In this document: positions 38,570 through 48,819 of the stretch, in pieces
Numbering within the stretch: position 1 is the stretch's first letter
How the letters are laid out: each line of letters opens with the position of its first letter
From: Takakia lepidozioides
Lineage: Eukaryota; Plantae; Bryophyta
NCBI GenBank assembly: GCA_030704615.1
Contig: CM060731.1
Span: 39,308,001 to 39,372,000 of the forward strand
Length of the DNA: 64,000 bases
Direction: 5' to 3'
The notes under the pieces: model-generated
What the model was told of the DNA's origin: nothing
What the model saw: the letters and a program-made list of their open reading frames with translations, nothing else
Databases searched by the model: none
Position numbers and translations under genes: made by a program

Positions 38570-40150
38570 CCCTGCACGTCAGCCCCTATAACCCCGCCCC
38601 GGGTTTAACCCTCACCCCCATGTAACCCTCTGTAATTCCGCCGAGTGTAACCCACACCACCATGTAACCCTCTGTAACCCATGTAACCCCATGACCCTCT
38701 GTAACCCTCACCACCATGTAACCCTCTATAACACCGCAGGGTGTCACCCCCACCCCTATGTAACCCCCGCCCCTATGTAACCCTCACTCCATGTAACCCT
38801 TTGTAACCCTGTGTAAAACCGCAGAGTGTCACCCTCACCCCTATGTAACCCTCTGTAACCCATGTAACCCTTTGTGACCCTCTGTAACCCATGTAACCCA
38901 TGTAACCCTCTGTAACACCGCAGAGTGTCACCCTCACCCCTATGTAACCCTCACTCCATGCAACCCTCTGTAACCCTTTGTAACCCATGTAACCCTCTGT
39001 GACCCTTTGTAACCCATGTAAACCCTCTATGACCCTTGTAACCCTCACCACCATGTAGCCCATATAACCCTCTATAACACTGAAGAGTGTCACCCTCACC
39101 CCTATGTAACCCTCTGTAACCCTCTGTAACCCGTTGTAATCCATGTAGCCCTCCGTGACCCTCTGTAACCTATATAACCCTCTATGACCCTCACCACCAT
39201 GTAAACCCTCTGTAACACCGCATAGTGTCCCCCTCACCCCCATATAACCCTCTATGACCCTCTGTAACCCTCACCACCATGTAACCCTCTGTAACCCATG
39301 TAACCCTCTGTAACACCGCAGAGTGTCACCCTCACCCCCATGTAACCCTCTGTGACCCTCTGTTACCCTCACCACCATGTAACCCTTTGTAACCCATGTA
39401 ACCCATGTAACCCTCTGTAACCAGGTATAACCCTCACCACCATGTAACCCTCTGTAATCCGTGTATCCCTCTGTAACACCACAGAGTGTCACCCTCACCC
39501 CTATGTAACCCTCACTCCATGCAACCCTCTGTGACCCTCTGTAACCCTCACCACCATGTAACCCTCTGTAATCCGTGTATCCCTCTGTAACACCGCTGAG
39601 TGTCACCCTCACCCCTATGTAACCCTCACTCCATGTAACCCTCTGTAACCCATGTAACCCCATGACCCTCTGTAACCCTTTGTAACCCATGTAACCCTTT
39701 GTTACTCCGCGGGGTGTAACCCTCACTCCATGTTATCCCGTATCATGTAACCCTTCCATTATGTGATCCCATGTAATCCCCACCATATGTAACCCGCATC
39801 GTGTAACCCCAATGCAAGCTTGTATCATGTTATCCCATGTACCCCTCTCCGTGTAACTCCAGTTCCTCGTGTAACCCCATCATCCCTGTAACCCTCTGCA
39901 CGTCAGCTCTTATAACTCCGCCTCGTGTAACCCTCATTGTGTAACTCTCACATTGTAACCCCACCATGTAACCCGGATACTGTGTCAATCCCCTCCGTGT
40001 AACCCCCGATCGTGTCACTCCTAGCTCGTGTCACCCCGGATCTTTATCCCCAATGCATGTCACCCCTGTTCGTGTAGCCCCTTGGTGCCCGGCAAAAATT
40101 GGTGGGCTCCGAGAGGTGTCAGATATTTTGAATTCAAACCTGGGTTACAC
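38570..40150 (+). repeat. TGTAACCC-based complex minisatellite
   Basis: Dozens of (A/C)TGTAACCC units arranged in higher-order blocks such as ACACCGCAGAGTGTCACCCTCACCCC. Confidence 0.95.
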
Positions 40151-40387
40151 GATTCGGTGACATCAAAACCCACGTGTAACTCCATCATCACGCGTCATTT
40201 CCACCAGGTGCGCACACGTCGTGCGGTCCCGAGGGCTCCGCTGCGTTGCCTGTGTGTGTTCTGCGATTTGTACTGTACTGGTGGTACTGTTGCCGCTAAT
40301 GGCGTGTGCTACCACGAAGATGCTAGACGAGGAACGCAAAGCAACATTGGAATCAAATGGTTTGAAAGACGAGGTGGGAGAACTCTG

Positions 40388-40700
40388 CACTACAAGATAT
40401 GAGCGTTTTTAGGACTACGACTTTTGCGGAGTCATAAAAACGACATTAGGTACACGACTACAGAACGCTGAAATGCGTTGCAGTCATAGTTTTATTACTC
40501 TATAGTAATGGATATCACTACATGACTCCGGAAAGGTAGGGAGCATTGGTCAAACATTGTTGACCACGATGACAGGGATGGTTTATATGACTCGCGTCAT
40601 ATGGAGGACTACACGTGGATGATTTTTCCTAGAATCGTATGACTTCATGACTGAATTTGGTTTCACAACTCTAGTTATACGACTGCGTCACTACACGTAC
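40388..40700 (+). mobile_element. CACTA (En/Spm) left terminus
   Basis: Starts CACTACAAGA, followed by TACGACT/AGTCATA-type subterminal repeats; right TIR not found. Confidence 0.6.
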
Positions 40701-41459
40701 ATGAATGTATTCATTCATTGGGTAAGTTCATTCATCAATGATCAAAATGCAAAATGTTAAATTTTTTCAAAAAGTTGCTTATAGGGTTGCTCATTAGGGT
40801 GCCAGCCGTGAACAGAGGGCTGGGACTTGGCCTCCTTTTGGGCTCTTTTTTGTCTCCCGCCATACCATATGTTTTCTTAGTATCCACGAGCCTAGAGCAT
40901 GGAACGCGATGATCGCAAGATGTGCAGGGGCGTGGGATGGAGGCTTTGCAGACCTATTCTTGAGCAAATGATGCAGGAAGGCGCGAGGGTAGGCACAGCG
41001 AGGCACAACACACTATGGTTTTCAGCACCGTCGGTATTTCACTATGAATTTCACTATTTGCCACTTTTCACTATTTCTTGCCACACCATGTAGCCGAGGG
41101 ATGGAACGCGATAATAGCAAGATATGCAGGGGCGTGGGATGGAGGCGTTGAGCAAATGATGCGGGAAGGAGAAGAGGAGGAGGAGATGAAACGAGGAGAA
41201 GCTCGCAACATTCTTGCGAGCTCGCTGTTCTTGGGAGAGTCAGCTTGGTCTTAGCAGGCCATGTTTCAAGCTCTGCCTACTTAGGTGCATCGTGGTGGTT
41301 CGATCTCACAGACCAATCCGACATTACCTGACTACAGGCACAAGCAGCACATACAAGAGGTCCTTTTGGGTTGATGGTCAGTCAAGTCATGACACAAGCT
41401 CAAGGACAATGTGGTGAGGGCACCTTCTTCTTTGACCTATTTCAGCCTGTTTTGCCCTC

Positions 41460-41740
41460 TCATATCATGTTTGTGTGCATTGCAATGCTTGTGCAAGCCT
41501 GGCAGCCCTTGAGAATGGCAAAGAGGTGCATGGGGATATCATCAAAGCTGGAATTGTACCTAATGTCATTCTAAACACTACCCTGGCAGCTTTGGAAAGG
41601 GGGAAAGAGGTCCATGGTGACATCTTCAGAGCTGGAATTGTACCAAATGTCATTCTAAACAATACCCTAGTGGACATGTATGCAAAATGTGGGTGCATCG
41701 AGGATGCAAAGGGAGTGTTCAACACTATGGCTGAACGAGA
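41460..41740 (+). pseudogene. PLS-class PPR fragment (5' half, split by the retroelement)
   Basis: GKEVHGDI..NTLVDMYAKCGCIEDAKGVFNTMAER; rejoins DVVS at 52907 onward. Confidence 0.85.
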
Positions 41741-42067
41741 TGTCAAGTTATTTTACCACTAGTGTGAAACTAGCTAGGAAATAGCTAGCTTTTACATATT
41801 GACATTTGGGATTGGCCCAAGTGTCAATCCAGGGGTCAAGGCAGATTTAGGCCCTGGAGTGGTTATCTTCACGGCAAGCGCGGGAGGCTCATCTTTCTCG
41901 AGTTGAGCCTCACCGCGCCTAGCTATGGCGCCGTAGTGTGGATTCCCCATGGCGTGGGGTGCACTTGGCTTGACTTGTATTTGAGTGATGAGGTTATATA
42001 TGCATGAGTTTATGCTTCAGCTTTGTGAGCTCGCATGAGCTTGTGCTTGTATTCTTCTTCTTTATCA
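41741..42067 (+). repeat. Terminal repeat A (327 bp)
   Basis: Appears identical by eye to 52391-52717. Confidence 0.95.
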
Positions 42068-42779
42068 CTCGAGAAAGATCAGCTCGTATCTGTGAGTGCC
42101 AGATACGAGTTAGTTGTAGCACTTGTGGTTTTTGCTTGAGAATGAGAGAAACCAAGTTGTTATGCAAGGAGCACCGTGGAGCTCTTGGTTGTTAGAAGCG
42201 GAGGCGATGTGGGTTACGAGGTGGTAAACCTTGGCATTCGATCTTCAGCTTCAGAGATGAAAGCACCATACTGTAGGTAATTCCAGAGCACCTTGATGGT
42301 TTCAGATTGTGTACATGCATGAGCAAGCACGATTGGGAAGAGGACCAGTCAAGAGCAGGTTATAGTGGCTTTGGTGGCAAAGCTGAGAACTGGACTTGGG
42401 AATGCGAGCTGTCATTGTGTGAAGGATTGCAAGACCAAGCGAAAGGGCTGATTTGGCTTGGGGCAAATCAGTGCACTTTGTGGAGTATGGTGAGATTGGG
42501 TTTCAATCTCGAGCTTCAGCATTGAGAGGGCTCTTGTCATGGCGAGAGCAGGGCTGGAACAGGAGCTAAGAGGTGCGGCAAGGCCATGGAATGTGCACCT
42601 AGGGTTACAGAGCTTGGAAGAAGAGCTCTTGCACCACAAGAGAAGTGTCTTGTGGCTGGAAATGTAAGCCTTAGGGTTTCAGGAGCTTGGCAAAGGCTAT
42701 GGAGTGCTTAGTCTTGTCTTAGAGAGCATCAAAGAGCCAAGGAGCCAAGATAGGGGGCTGATATCTCTTGTGTGAAGAG

Positions 42780-43170
42780 GTTGCATGTGTGGAGCATGTA
42801 TTCAGCTCATTGAAGCTTCCATCTTCAAGCTTGGAGGGCAAGCAAGGAAGAGGGAAGGGCTAACTTCCCTTATGTGAGGGCAATGCATGTGTGGAGCATG
42901 CTATCAGCCTGGTGAAGGCTTGCACTTTCAGGTGTGGGAGTGCAAGAAAGGAAGGAAGGGGCTGGTTTCCCTGTAGGGCATGTGGAGCATGCTTTCAGCA
43001 TGCTGAAGCTTGTATTTTCAGGTTTGTGGGTGCAAGAAATGAAGCAAAGGAGCTGATTCTTTTATGGTGAGAGTGGGGCATGTGTGGAGCATGCCTTCAG
43101 CCCATTGAGGCTCTTGTTTTCAAGCTTTAGAGAGCTAGAACGGAAGGTCTAGGGCTGGTTTCCACTTGGA
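42780..43170 (+). repeat. Diverged repeats of about 100 bp in the retroelement leader
   Basis: Recurrent GCATGTG(TG)GAGCATG near 42783, 42885, 42978 and 43078. Confidence 0.7.
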
Positions 43171-43604
43171 GTGAAAGAAAATCACTTGTAGGGCCTATGT
43201 GAGTTGGGGTTTCAACTTCAAGCTTGAAGGGAGCGCAACTCTTGAAGCAGCAGGTGTAGGGGGCTGGAAGAGGTTCTAAGACAGATGCTATGGCCAAGGA
43301 GAGTGCTTGAATGAGTGCTCACAAGGGCTGGGAACCAGCAGGGCTTGGTTGTTTGCCATTGAGTTTAGTGGCGTGTTTGGGTAGGCTAAGTGAGAAAGAA
43401 GGCTTGGTTTGTGGCAACCACCTCATGGCTTAGGGCTACTATGGTGGTGTGTGGGAGCCGAAAGAGCAAGGATACCTTGCTGATTTCCTCACAGCCACCA
43501 TAGCTCGGTGGAAAGAAGCCTAGAGTCCAAGAGACACAAACCCTAGCTTGGCGTGGCTAAACCCCTTGGAGAAATGGCTAAACTGCCAGAGCGGCCATGT
43601 GTGG

Positions 43605-44360
43605 GGCTGTGACAGGCTGTGGCGAGCTGTGACGGGCTGTGACGGGCTGTGACAGGCTGTGGCAAGCTGTGACAGGCTGTGATGGGCTGTGACAGGCTGT
43701 GCCCTGTGCCCTGTGGGGCTGTGACGGGCTGTGTCAGGCTGTGACAGGCTGTGCCCAGTGGCCTTTTGGGGCTGTGACGGGCTGTGCGGGGCTGTGACAG
43801 GCTGTGCTGAGCCTGTGGGGCTGTGACGGGCTGTGACAGGCTGTGCCCATGGCCTTGGGGCTGTGATGGGCTGTGAGGGGCTGTGACAGGCCGTGCCTGA
43901 GCCTTTGAGGCTGTGATGGGCTGTGACAGGCTGTGCCCTGTGCCCTATGGGGCTGTGCGGGGCTGTGACAGGCTGTGCCCTGAGGCCTGTGGGGCTGTGA
44001 CGGGCTGTGACAGGCTGTGCCCATGGCCTTTGGGGCTGTGATGGGCTGTGAGGGGCTGTGACAGGCCGTGCCTGAGGCCTTTGCGGCTGTGACGGGCTGT
44101 GAGGGGCTGTGACAGGCCGTGTGGCCGAGGCCTTTGGGGCTGTGACGGGCTGTGAGGGGCTGTGACAGGCCGTGCCCATGGCCTTTGGGGCTGTGACGGG
44201 CTGTGACGGGCTGTGACAGGCCGCGCCTGAGGCCTTTGGGGCTGTGACGGGCTGTGAGGGGCTGTGACAGGCTGTGCCTGAGGCCTTTGAGGCTGTGACG
44301 AGCTGTGAGGGGCTGTGACAGGCTGTGCCCAGTGGCCTGTGGGACTGTGATGGCTGTGAC
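43605..44360 (+). repeat. GGCTGTGACR 10-bp minisatellite in the retroelement leader
   Basis: Tandem GGCTGTGACA/GGCTGTGACG/GGCTGTGAGG units. Confidence 0.95.
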
Positions 44361-44648
44361 CAGTGAGCTGTGTGGGCCTGTGCTGGTCTGTGGTGGCCCG
44401 TGTTGACCTGTGGATGGCCTGTGCTGACTCGTGGAGGCACTGGTGGACTAAGGACTGGCATGTGGTCTGGAAGGCCGAATTTTGAAGCTCGTGGAGGGCG
44501 GTTTGAGGAGTATCTTCATGATATTCCCATGGTCATGCAAGTTCAAGTGTAGGCTATGTTAGGAACTTAGTATTCCAAACCATAAGCCGCAACAGGTTCT
44601 CTACCCGGTTACCTTGTGGAGAGGGATTAGGGACATGTTCATGACCGG

Positions 44649-46724
44649 TTGAGTGTCAACACGGAGGTGCCACTAGTTGCTGGGGACAGTGCCGGTTCGA
44701 GCACTAGCGATACTAGTGGGTACACGAGACGAGGTGTGCGGTTTAGGCCACCTTCACCTCCTGTGTCTTCCACGGAAGGTTCTGATTCGGATTGTGAATC
44801 AGGAGGGCTCATACCGGCGGTGCAAGTTGTTTCTTTGCCATTATTGTGGGACACAATGGAGGAGATGTATGGAGCTACCAAGGGGCCACGAAGGTACTCT
44901 GGGGCGGTGGGCACCATTGAGTTGGATGATTTTATCCAAGAGTTTGATAGTTGGTGTGATTTGCAGCAAATGCGCAATCCACAACTATTTACGCCGTTCA
45001 TGGCATGGAAAGGGCTGTTTCAGCACCTTGAGGGGCCGCCTATGGATGATTACCATGAGTTCAGGCGGGGGCATGAGGTTGAGATCGAGGAGTGGAGGAT
45101 GTACTGGTCACCCGACTATGTCTCCATCACTAGGGGCACTAGAGCCACGAGGGCAGTGGCTACACCTGCCGCTGCACCGGCAGCTTCAGCAAGCAGCAGT
45201 GGGACTGGTGGTACAGTAGCTACGACGTCCACCCAAGCCACTACCGCACCAGCACTAGCACCCGTGCCTGCCTTCAACCCTGTTGTGGAGTTCTTCGAAG
45301 AGTTGAGAGGGAACTACCAAGGGGTGAGGACAGAGAAGTTGCGGAGCTTGCAAGAGTTCCAACGGAAGCCGACCGAGAGCTTGAGGGAGGCTTTCACTCG
45401 CATGAGGCGCTTGATAAATGTAACCCAAGGGGTTACGGAAGCTCAGGCAGTCCAATTCTGGTATGGGATATTGGACAAGGAGCTGAGGAGAAGGGTGCGG
45501 GATGCAACTCTCCTACAAGCGGCCCAACCCACCTTAGCAAATGTGTTTTTGCTGGCAGAGCGGATAGAGCTCAACATGGTGGAGGAACGAGTGGTCATGG
45601 TGGGATTTGCTAAGGAGACACCACGGGGTAGTGGTGCTCCTAGCCAACCACTACCTCAACGTGCTCAAGGCAACAAGGGGGCTCAGGTGAAGCTCAGGGA
45701 AGGGCAGAGAGGACCTCAAATGCAGGGGTCTCTCCCTTCATTTGCTGGCCAACAACGGGCGGATGTGGTGTGCTGGACATGTGGAGGACCCCATGTCAAG
45801 AAGGATTGCCCAGAGGGAGGCAAAGGGTCGGCACATGCACAGCCTGCACAGTTGCAGTGTGGGCATTGTGGCAAGCACGGGCATGGAGAGGCCCAGTGTT
45901 ATAGTTTGCATCCTGAGTTGCGCCCAGGCCAGTTCCAAGGGAACAATGGTGGCCGGGGGCGAGGTGGAGCAGCCCAGAGAGGACGAGGTGGCCAGCCACG
46001 AGGTGTAGGCCAAGGGCAAGCTCAACGTGGCCAAGGACGCGGAGGTCAGGGTGTTGACCAAGGCATGGCCAACCGGCTTCAGCAGCTAGAGCAGAGGCTC
46101 GCTGCCATGGCTACAGCTCAGGTGGTACCGGCTCTAAGGCCGGATGGTCCACCTCCTGCTCCTGAGGGAGGAGATATGGGAGGCATGGGATTCATGTGTG
46201 GAGCAGCACTACCACTAGTGCAGGTGGAGTCTGCTGCAGCCGTGACTCGAGGAGCAGCACGAGTTCCTGAGCCACGAGGTGCAGAGGTGGAGTTGGATCC
46301 ACAGCGTGGGGAGGCAAGCCGTCAGGCTAGGCTTCCTCAGTCATTCACATTGGCGGAGACAGTGTCGACGCCATCCATGGCACCTAGTTCTCGCCCGACT
46401 GTTACCGAGGCGGAGGTTACTATGCCATTGGGGAGAGCTACACGGGTAGCACCACTACCTAGTGTTGCCAAGGCTACGGCAGCTAGTGTGCTGCTAGGAG
46501 CGGCCACATCTGTGTGCCAGGCTCCATTGTTCTCGGCTACCATGATTGCGACGCCGGGGGTAAGACCAGCTGAGGTGTTCAGGCTGGCAGCTACACTCTG
46601 TGAGAGTGGGGAGGTTACTTCATCTTCTGCGGAGATAGTGGGAGGTGTAGTGCCGGAGGGATCCTCGGATTTGAGGGTCAAGACTGCCACGGCGGCGCCA
46701 TGGCAAGCTGCAGCTGCCAGTTGA
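44649..46724 (+). CDS. Gag with two zinc knuckles
   Basis: Capsid-like region (FQRKPTESLREAFTRM), CWTCGGPHVKKDC and CGHCGKHGHGEAQC, RGG-rich tract; first ATG near 44856. Confidence 0.85.
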   Translation: MSVNTEVPLVAGDSAGSSTSDTSGYTRRGVRFRPPSPPVSSTEGSDSDCESGGLIPAVQVVSLPLLWDTMEEMYGATKGPRRYSGAVGTIELDDFIQEFDSWCDLQQMRNPQLFTPFMAWKGLFQHLEGPPMDDYHEFRRGHEVEIEEWRMYWSPDYVSITRGTRATRAVATPAAAPAASASSSGTGGTVATTSTQATTAPALAPVPAFNPVVEFFEELRGNYQGVRTEKLRSLQEFQRKPTESLREAFTRMRRLINVTQGVTEAQAVQFWYGILDKELRRRVRDATLLQAAQPTLANVFLLAERIELNMVEERVVMVGFAKETPRGSGAPSQPLPQRAQGNKGAQVKLREGQRGPQMQGSLPSFAGQQRADVVCWTCGGPHVKKDCPEGGKGSAHAQPAQLQCGHCGKHGHGEAQCYSLHPELRPGQFQGNNGGRGRGGAAQRGRGGQPRGVGQGQAQRGQGRGGQGVDQGMANRLQQLEQRLAAMATAQVVPALRPDGPPPAPEGGDMGGMGFMCGAALPLVQVESAAAVTRGAARVPEPRGAEVELDPQRGEASRQARLPQSFTLAETVSTPSMAPSSRPTVTEAEVTMPLGRATRVAPLPSVAKATAASVLLGAATSVCQAPLFSATMIATPGVRPAEVFRLAATLCESGEVTSSSAEIVGGVVPEGSSDLRVKTATAAPWQAAAAS

Positions 46725-47209
46725 TGGAGCTGCCAGCTAGGCCAGCCATTGAGCGCGCCATGGTGACACCTGGAGTTGTCATGTTAGACAACCAGGATGG
46801 CATTTTCTGTTTGAGTGGACCGGCAGGCAAGAGGTACCGGCCACTGCGAGTCTTGTTGGACTCGGGAGCTCAGCCACTGATGCTGGGCAGAGCTGCTATT
46901 GCAGGCTTGGGCCTCACGGAGGCGGATATGGAGCCTTGTCCTTTCCAGATACAGACGTCTCTGGGAGGATCGGAGCAGGCTCGGGGCATGACACGGCATG
47001 AGTTGGCTATCAGACTACGGCCGGATCACCCTACAGATGGCTCAGTGATGCGAGCCAAGGCCATTGTGACAGACGCAGTCTCATACGATGTCCTGGTTGG
47101 TGGGGCAGTGTTGTACCCCATGGGCTTCACCCTGGATTTTGGGAGGAGTCAGCTTCCTATAGGCCTGCATGGCAGTCAGGGGAGGGCCGGTGTGCGCAGC
47201 TCCCTGTGA
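46700..47209 (+). CDS. Aspartic protease
   Basis: VLLDSGAQ catalytic motif; YDVLVG. Confidence 0.85.
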   Translation: MASCSCQLMELPARPAIERAMVTPGVVMLDNQDGIFCLSGPAGKRYRPLRVLLDSGAQPLMLGRAAIAGLGLTEADMEPCPFQIQTSLGGSEQARGMTRHELAIRLRPDHPTDGSVMRAKAIVTDAVSYDVLVGGAVLYPMGFTLDFGRSQLPIGLHGSQGRAGVRSSL

Positions 47210-48819
47210 CGTTCATAGGAGGAGTTGCGGTTGCCCAGCGAGGCAAGATGCCGACACTAGCAGCATTCACAGCGGCAGTGAGTTGGCCTAGAGAGTTGCT
47301 TGAGGGCAATGCTCATTCAGAGGATGTACCACCTCCGGGAGAGCAGGATGACATGTATGGTATGGCGGAGTTGCCTACCATGGTTGCTCAGACTCCATTG
47401 TGGGGCACGAGCAAGGATTTGCAGCGGGATGCTGATCGACGGGTGCAACAAGCCTGGGTGGAGGCTTTTGTACCGTCAGGAGAGGAGGAGAGTGTGGGGA
47501 TTGCACCAGGACCACCTCAATTGTCTCCATTGGACACCACACCTATTGTGTGGCAGTCTCCGGATGAAGGCATTTGTCTTCTGGACTTGTTTGGCGGGAT
47601 CAGCACCGGATTGGCTGCTGTGTTACAGGCAGGTGTACGAGTTCGGCGTTACCTGTATGTGGAGAGGGATGAGACTGCACGACGCGTTTCACTTCGCCAT
47701 GTTGCTCAGTTGGTGCAGCGGTACCCTGAGTTGTTGTCGGTGTCTGCAATTCGTGGATATCAGCAGGCCTTGCCAGCAGACATTTCGTTGCTGGGGGCGC
47801 AGGATTTGGAGCGGGTTGGCTCCATTGATCTGGTAGTGGCAGGTTGGCCCTGCCAAGGGCATTCATCAGCCGGGCATGGCAATGGATTGCGAGACTCGAG
47901 GTCGGGTCTGTTTTGGGAGATGGTGCGGGTTTTGCGCCACTTGCAGCTTCATCAAGCTGTATCTCCAGCATACATCTTGGAGAATGTGCCACTGATGGGC
48001 GATTCTCGGGCCAGGGTGATGGCCAGTGTGCATCAAGTCCGGTCGTGGCTTGGGTCAGCAGTGTTGCTAGATGCAGCTACAGTGGGGTCACGGGCTCATC
48101 GTCCACGGCTATGGTGGACTAACATGATGCCACCCGCACTGCTCAAGCGTGCATTTGATGGGGTGCAGCGGCCAGCACATCTCACAGTGGATAACATTCT
48201 GGACACAGGGAGGCAGTCTCAACGTGTGAGACACGATGACCGTTCGCCTTTGGCAGTGGTCAACAAGGTGGGTCAACCACGAGCAGCATTACCTACACTG
48301 CTCAGCTTCCCAGGATCGCATGCTTTCCGGGATAGTGGACCTGGCCTCCTGTGGGATGCTCAGTTGCAGCAGTTAGTGGAGCCTAATGCTGACGAGCGTG
48401 AGCGGGCAATGGGTTTTACCACTGGTACCACGGCGGTGTCGTCTCTTTCTGAGGCATCACGTCGTCAAGTGTTGGGGCAAGCAATGGATCTCAATTGCTT
48501 GACCTGGATTATCAGCTTGGCTCTAGCTGAGCAACGCAGAGTGCGGAATACACTTCCCTCAATGGTCTCTCTGCCTACCGAGACGGTACAGGCAGTGAGT
48601 GGGGGCGAGCATATGAGGACCACGGGGTGCATGCATCCATGGCACACGTGGGAGGTGCTCGAGGTTCAGAGGGAGTTGGCAGCCAAGGCGGCTGTGATGG
48701 ATGAGGTTGGGGATTCTTCTCGAGTTGAGGAGGTCCTCAAGGATGAGATGATGGGGCAGGATGATGCCTTGTCATTGACTGAGCAGGTAGGGAGTACTGC
48801 TCAAGAGGTTGCAGCATAG
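47206..48819 (+). CDS. C5 cytosine DNA methyltransferase, DNMT3-like
   Basis: Motifs in canonical order: I LDLFGGIS, II YVERD, IV GWPCQ (Cys at 47851), V SGLF, VI ENV, VIII HRPRLWWTN, IX ERAMGF, X RRQVLGQAM. Confidence 0.92.
   Translation: MTFIGGVAVAQRGKMPTLAAFTAAVSWPRELLEGNAHSEDVPPPGEQDDMYGMAELPTMVAQTPLWGTSKDLQRDADRRVQQAWVEAFVPSGEEESVGIAPGPPQLSPLDTTPIVWQSPDEGICLLDLFGGISTGLAAVLQAGVRVRRYLYVERDETARRVSLRHVAQLVQRYPELLSVSAIRGYQQALPADISLLGAQDLERVGSIDLVVAGWPCQGHSSAGHGNGLRDSRSGLFWEMVRVLRHLQLHQAVSPAYILENVPLMGDSRARVMASVHQVRSWLGSAVLLDAATVGSRAHRPRLWWTNMMPPALLKRAFDGVQRPAHLTVDNILDTGRQSQRVRHDDRSPLAVVNKVGQPRAALPTLLSFPGSHAFRDSGPGLLWDAQLQQLVEPNADERERAMGFTTGTTAVSSLSEASRRQVLGQAMDLNCLTWIISLALAEQRRVRNTLPSMVSLPTETVQAVSGGEHMRTTGCMHPWHTWEVLEVQRELAAKAAVMDEVGDSSRVEEVLKDEMMGQDDALSLTEQVGSTAQEVAA

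Noticed and set aside
38773-39726. Repetitive ORFs (GVRVT/VTEGY)
   Set aside because: Translations of the TGTAACCC minisatellite; no independent coding evidence.
38570-40150. Interstitial telomere or CRISPR array
   Set aside because: Contains TAACCC but not tandem TTTAGGG/TTAGGG; no constant repeat with unique spacers; eukaryotic context.
41741-42110. Hammerhead ribozyme (retrozyme-like)
   Set aside because: No CTGATGA/CTGANGA core with matching GAAA geometry found by eye.
43520-44461. 313-aa PSQPVTA ORF
   Set aside because: Antisense translation of the GGCTGTGAC minisatellite.
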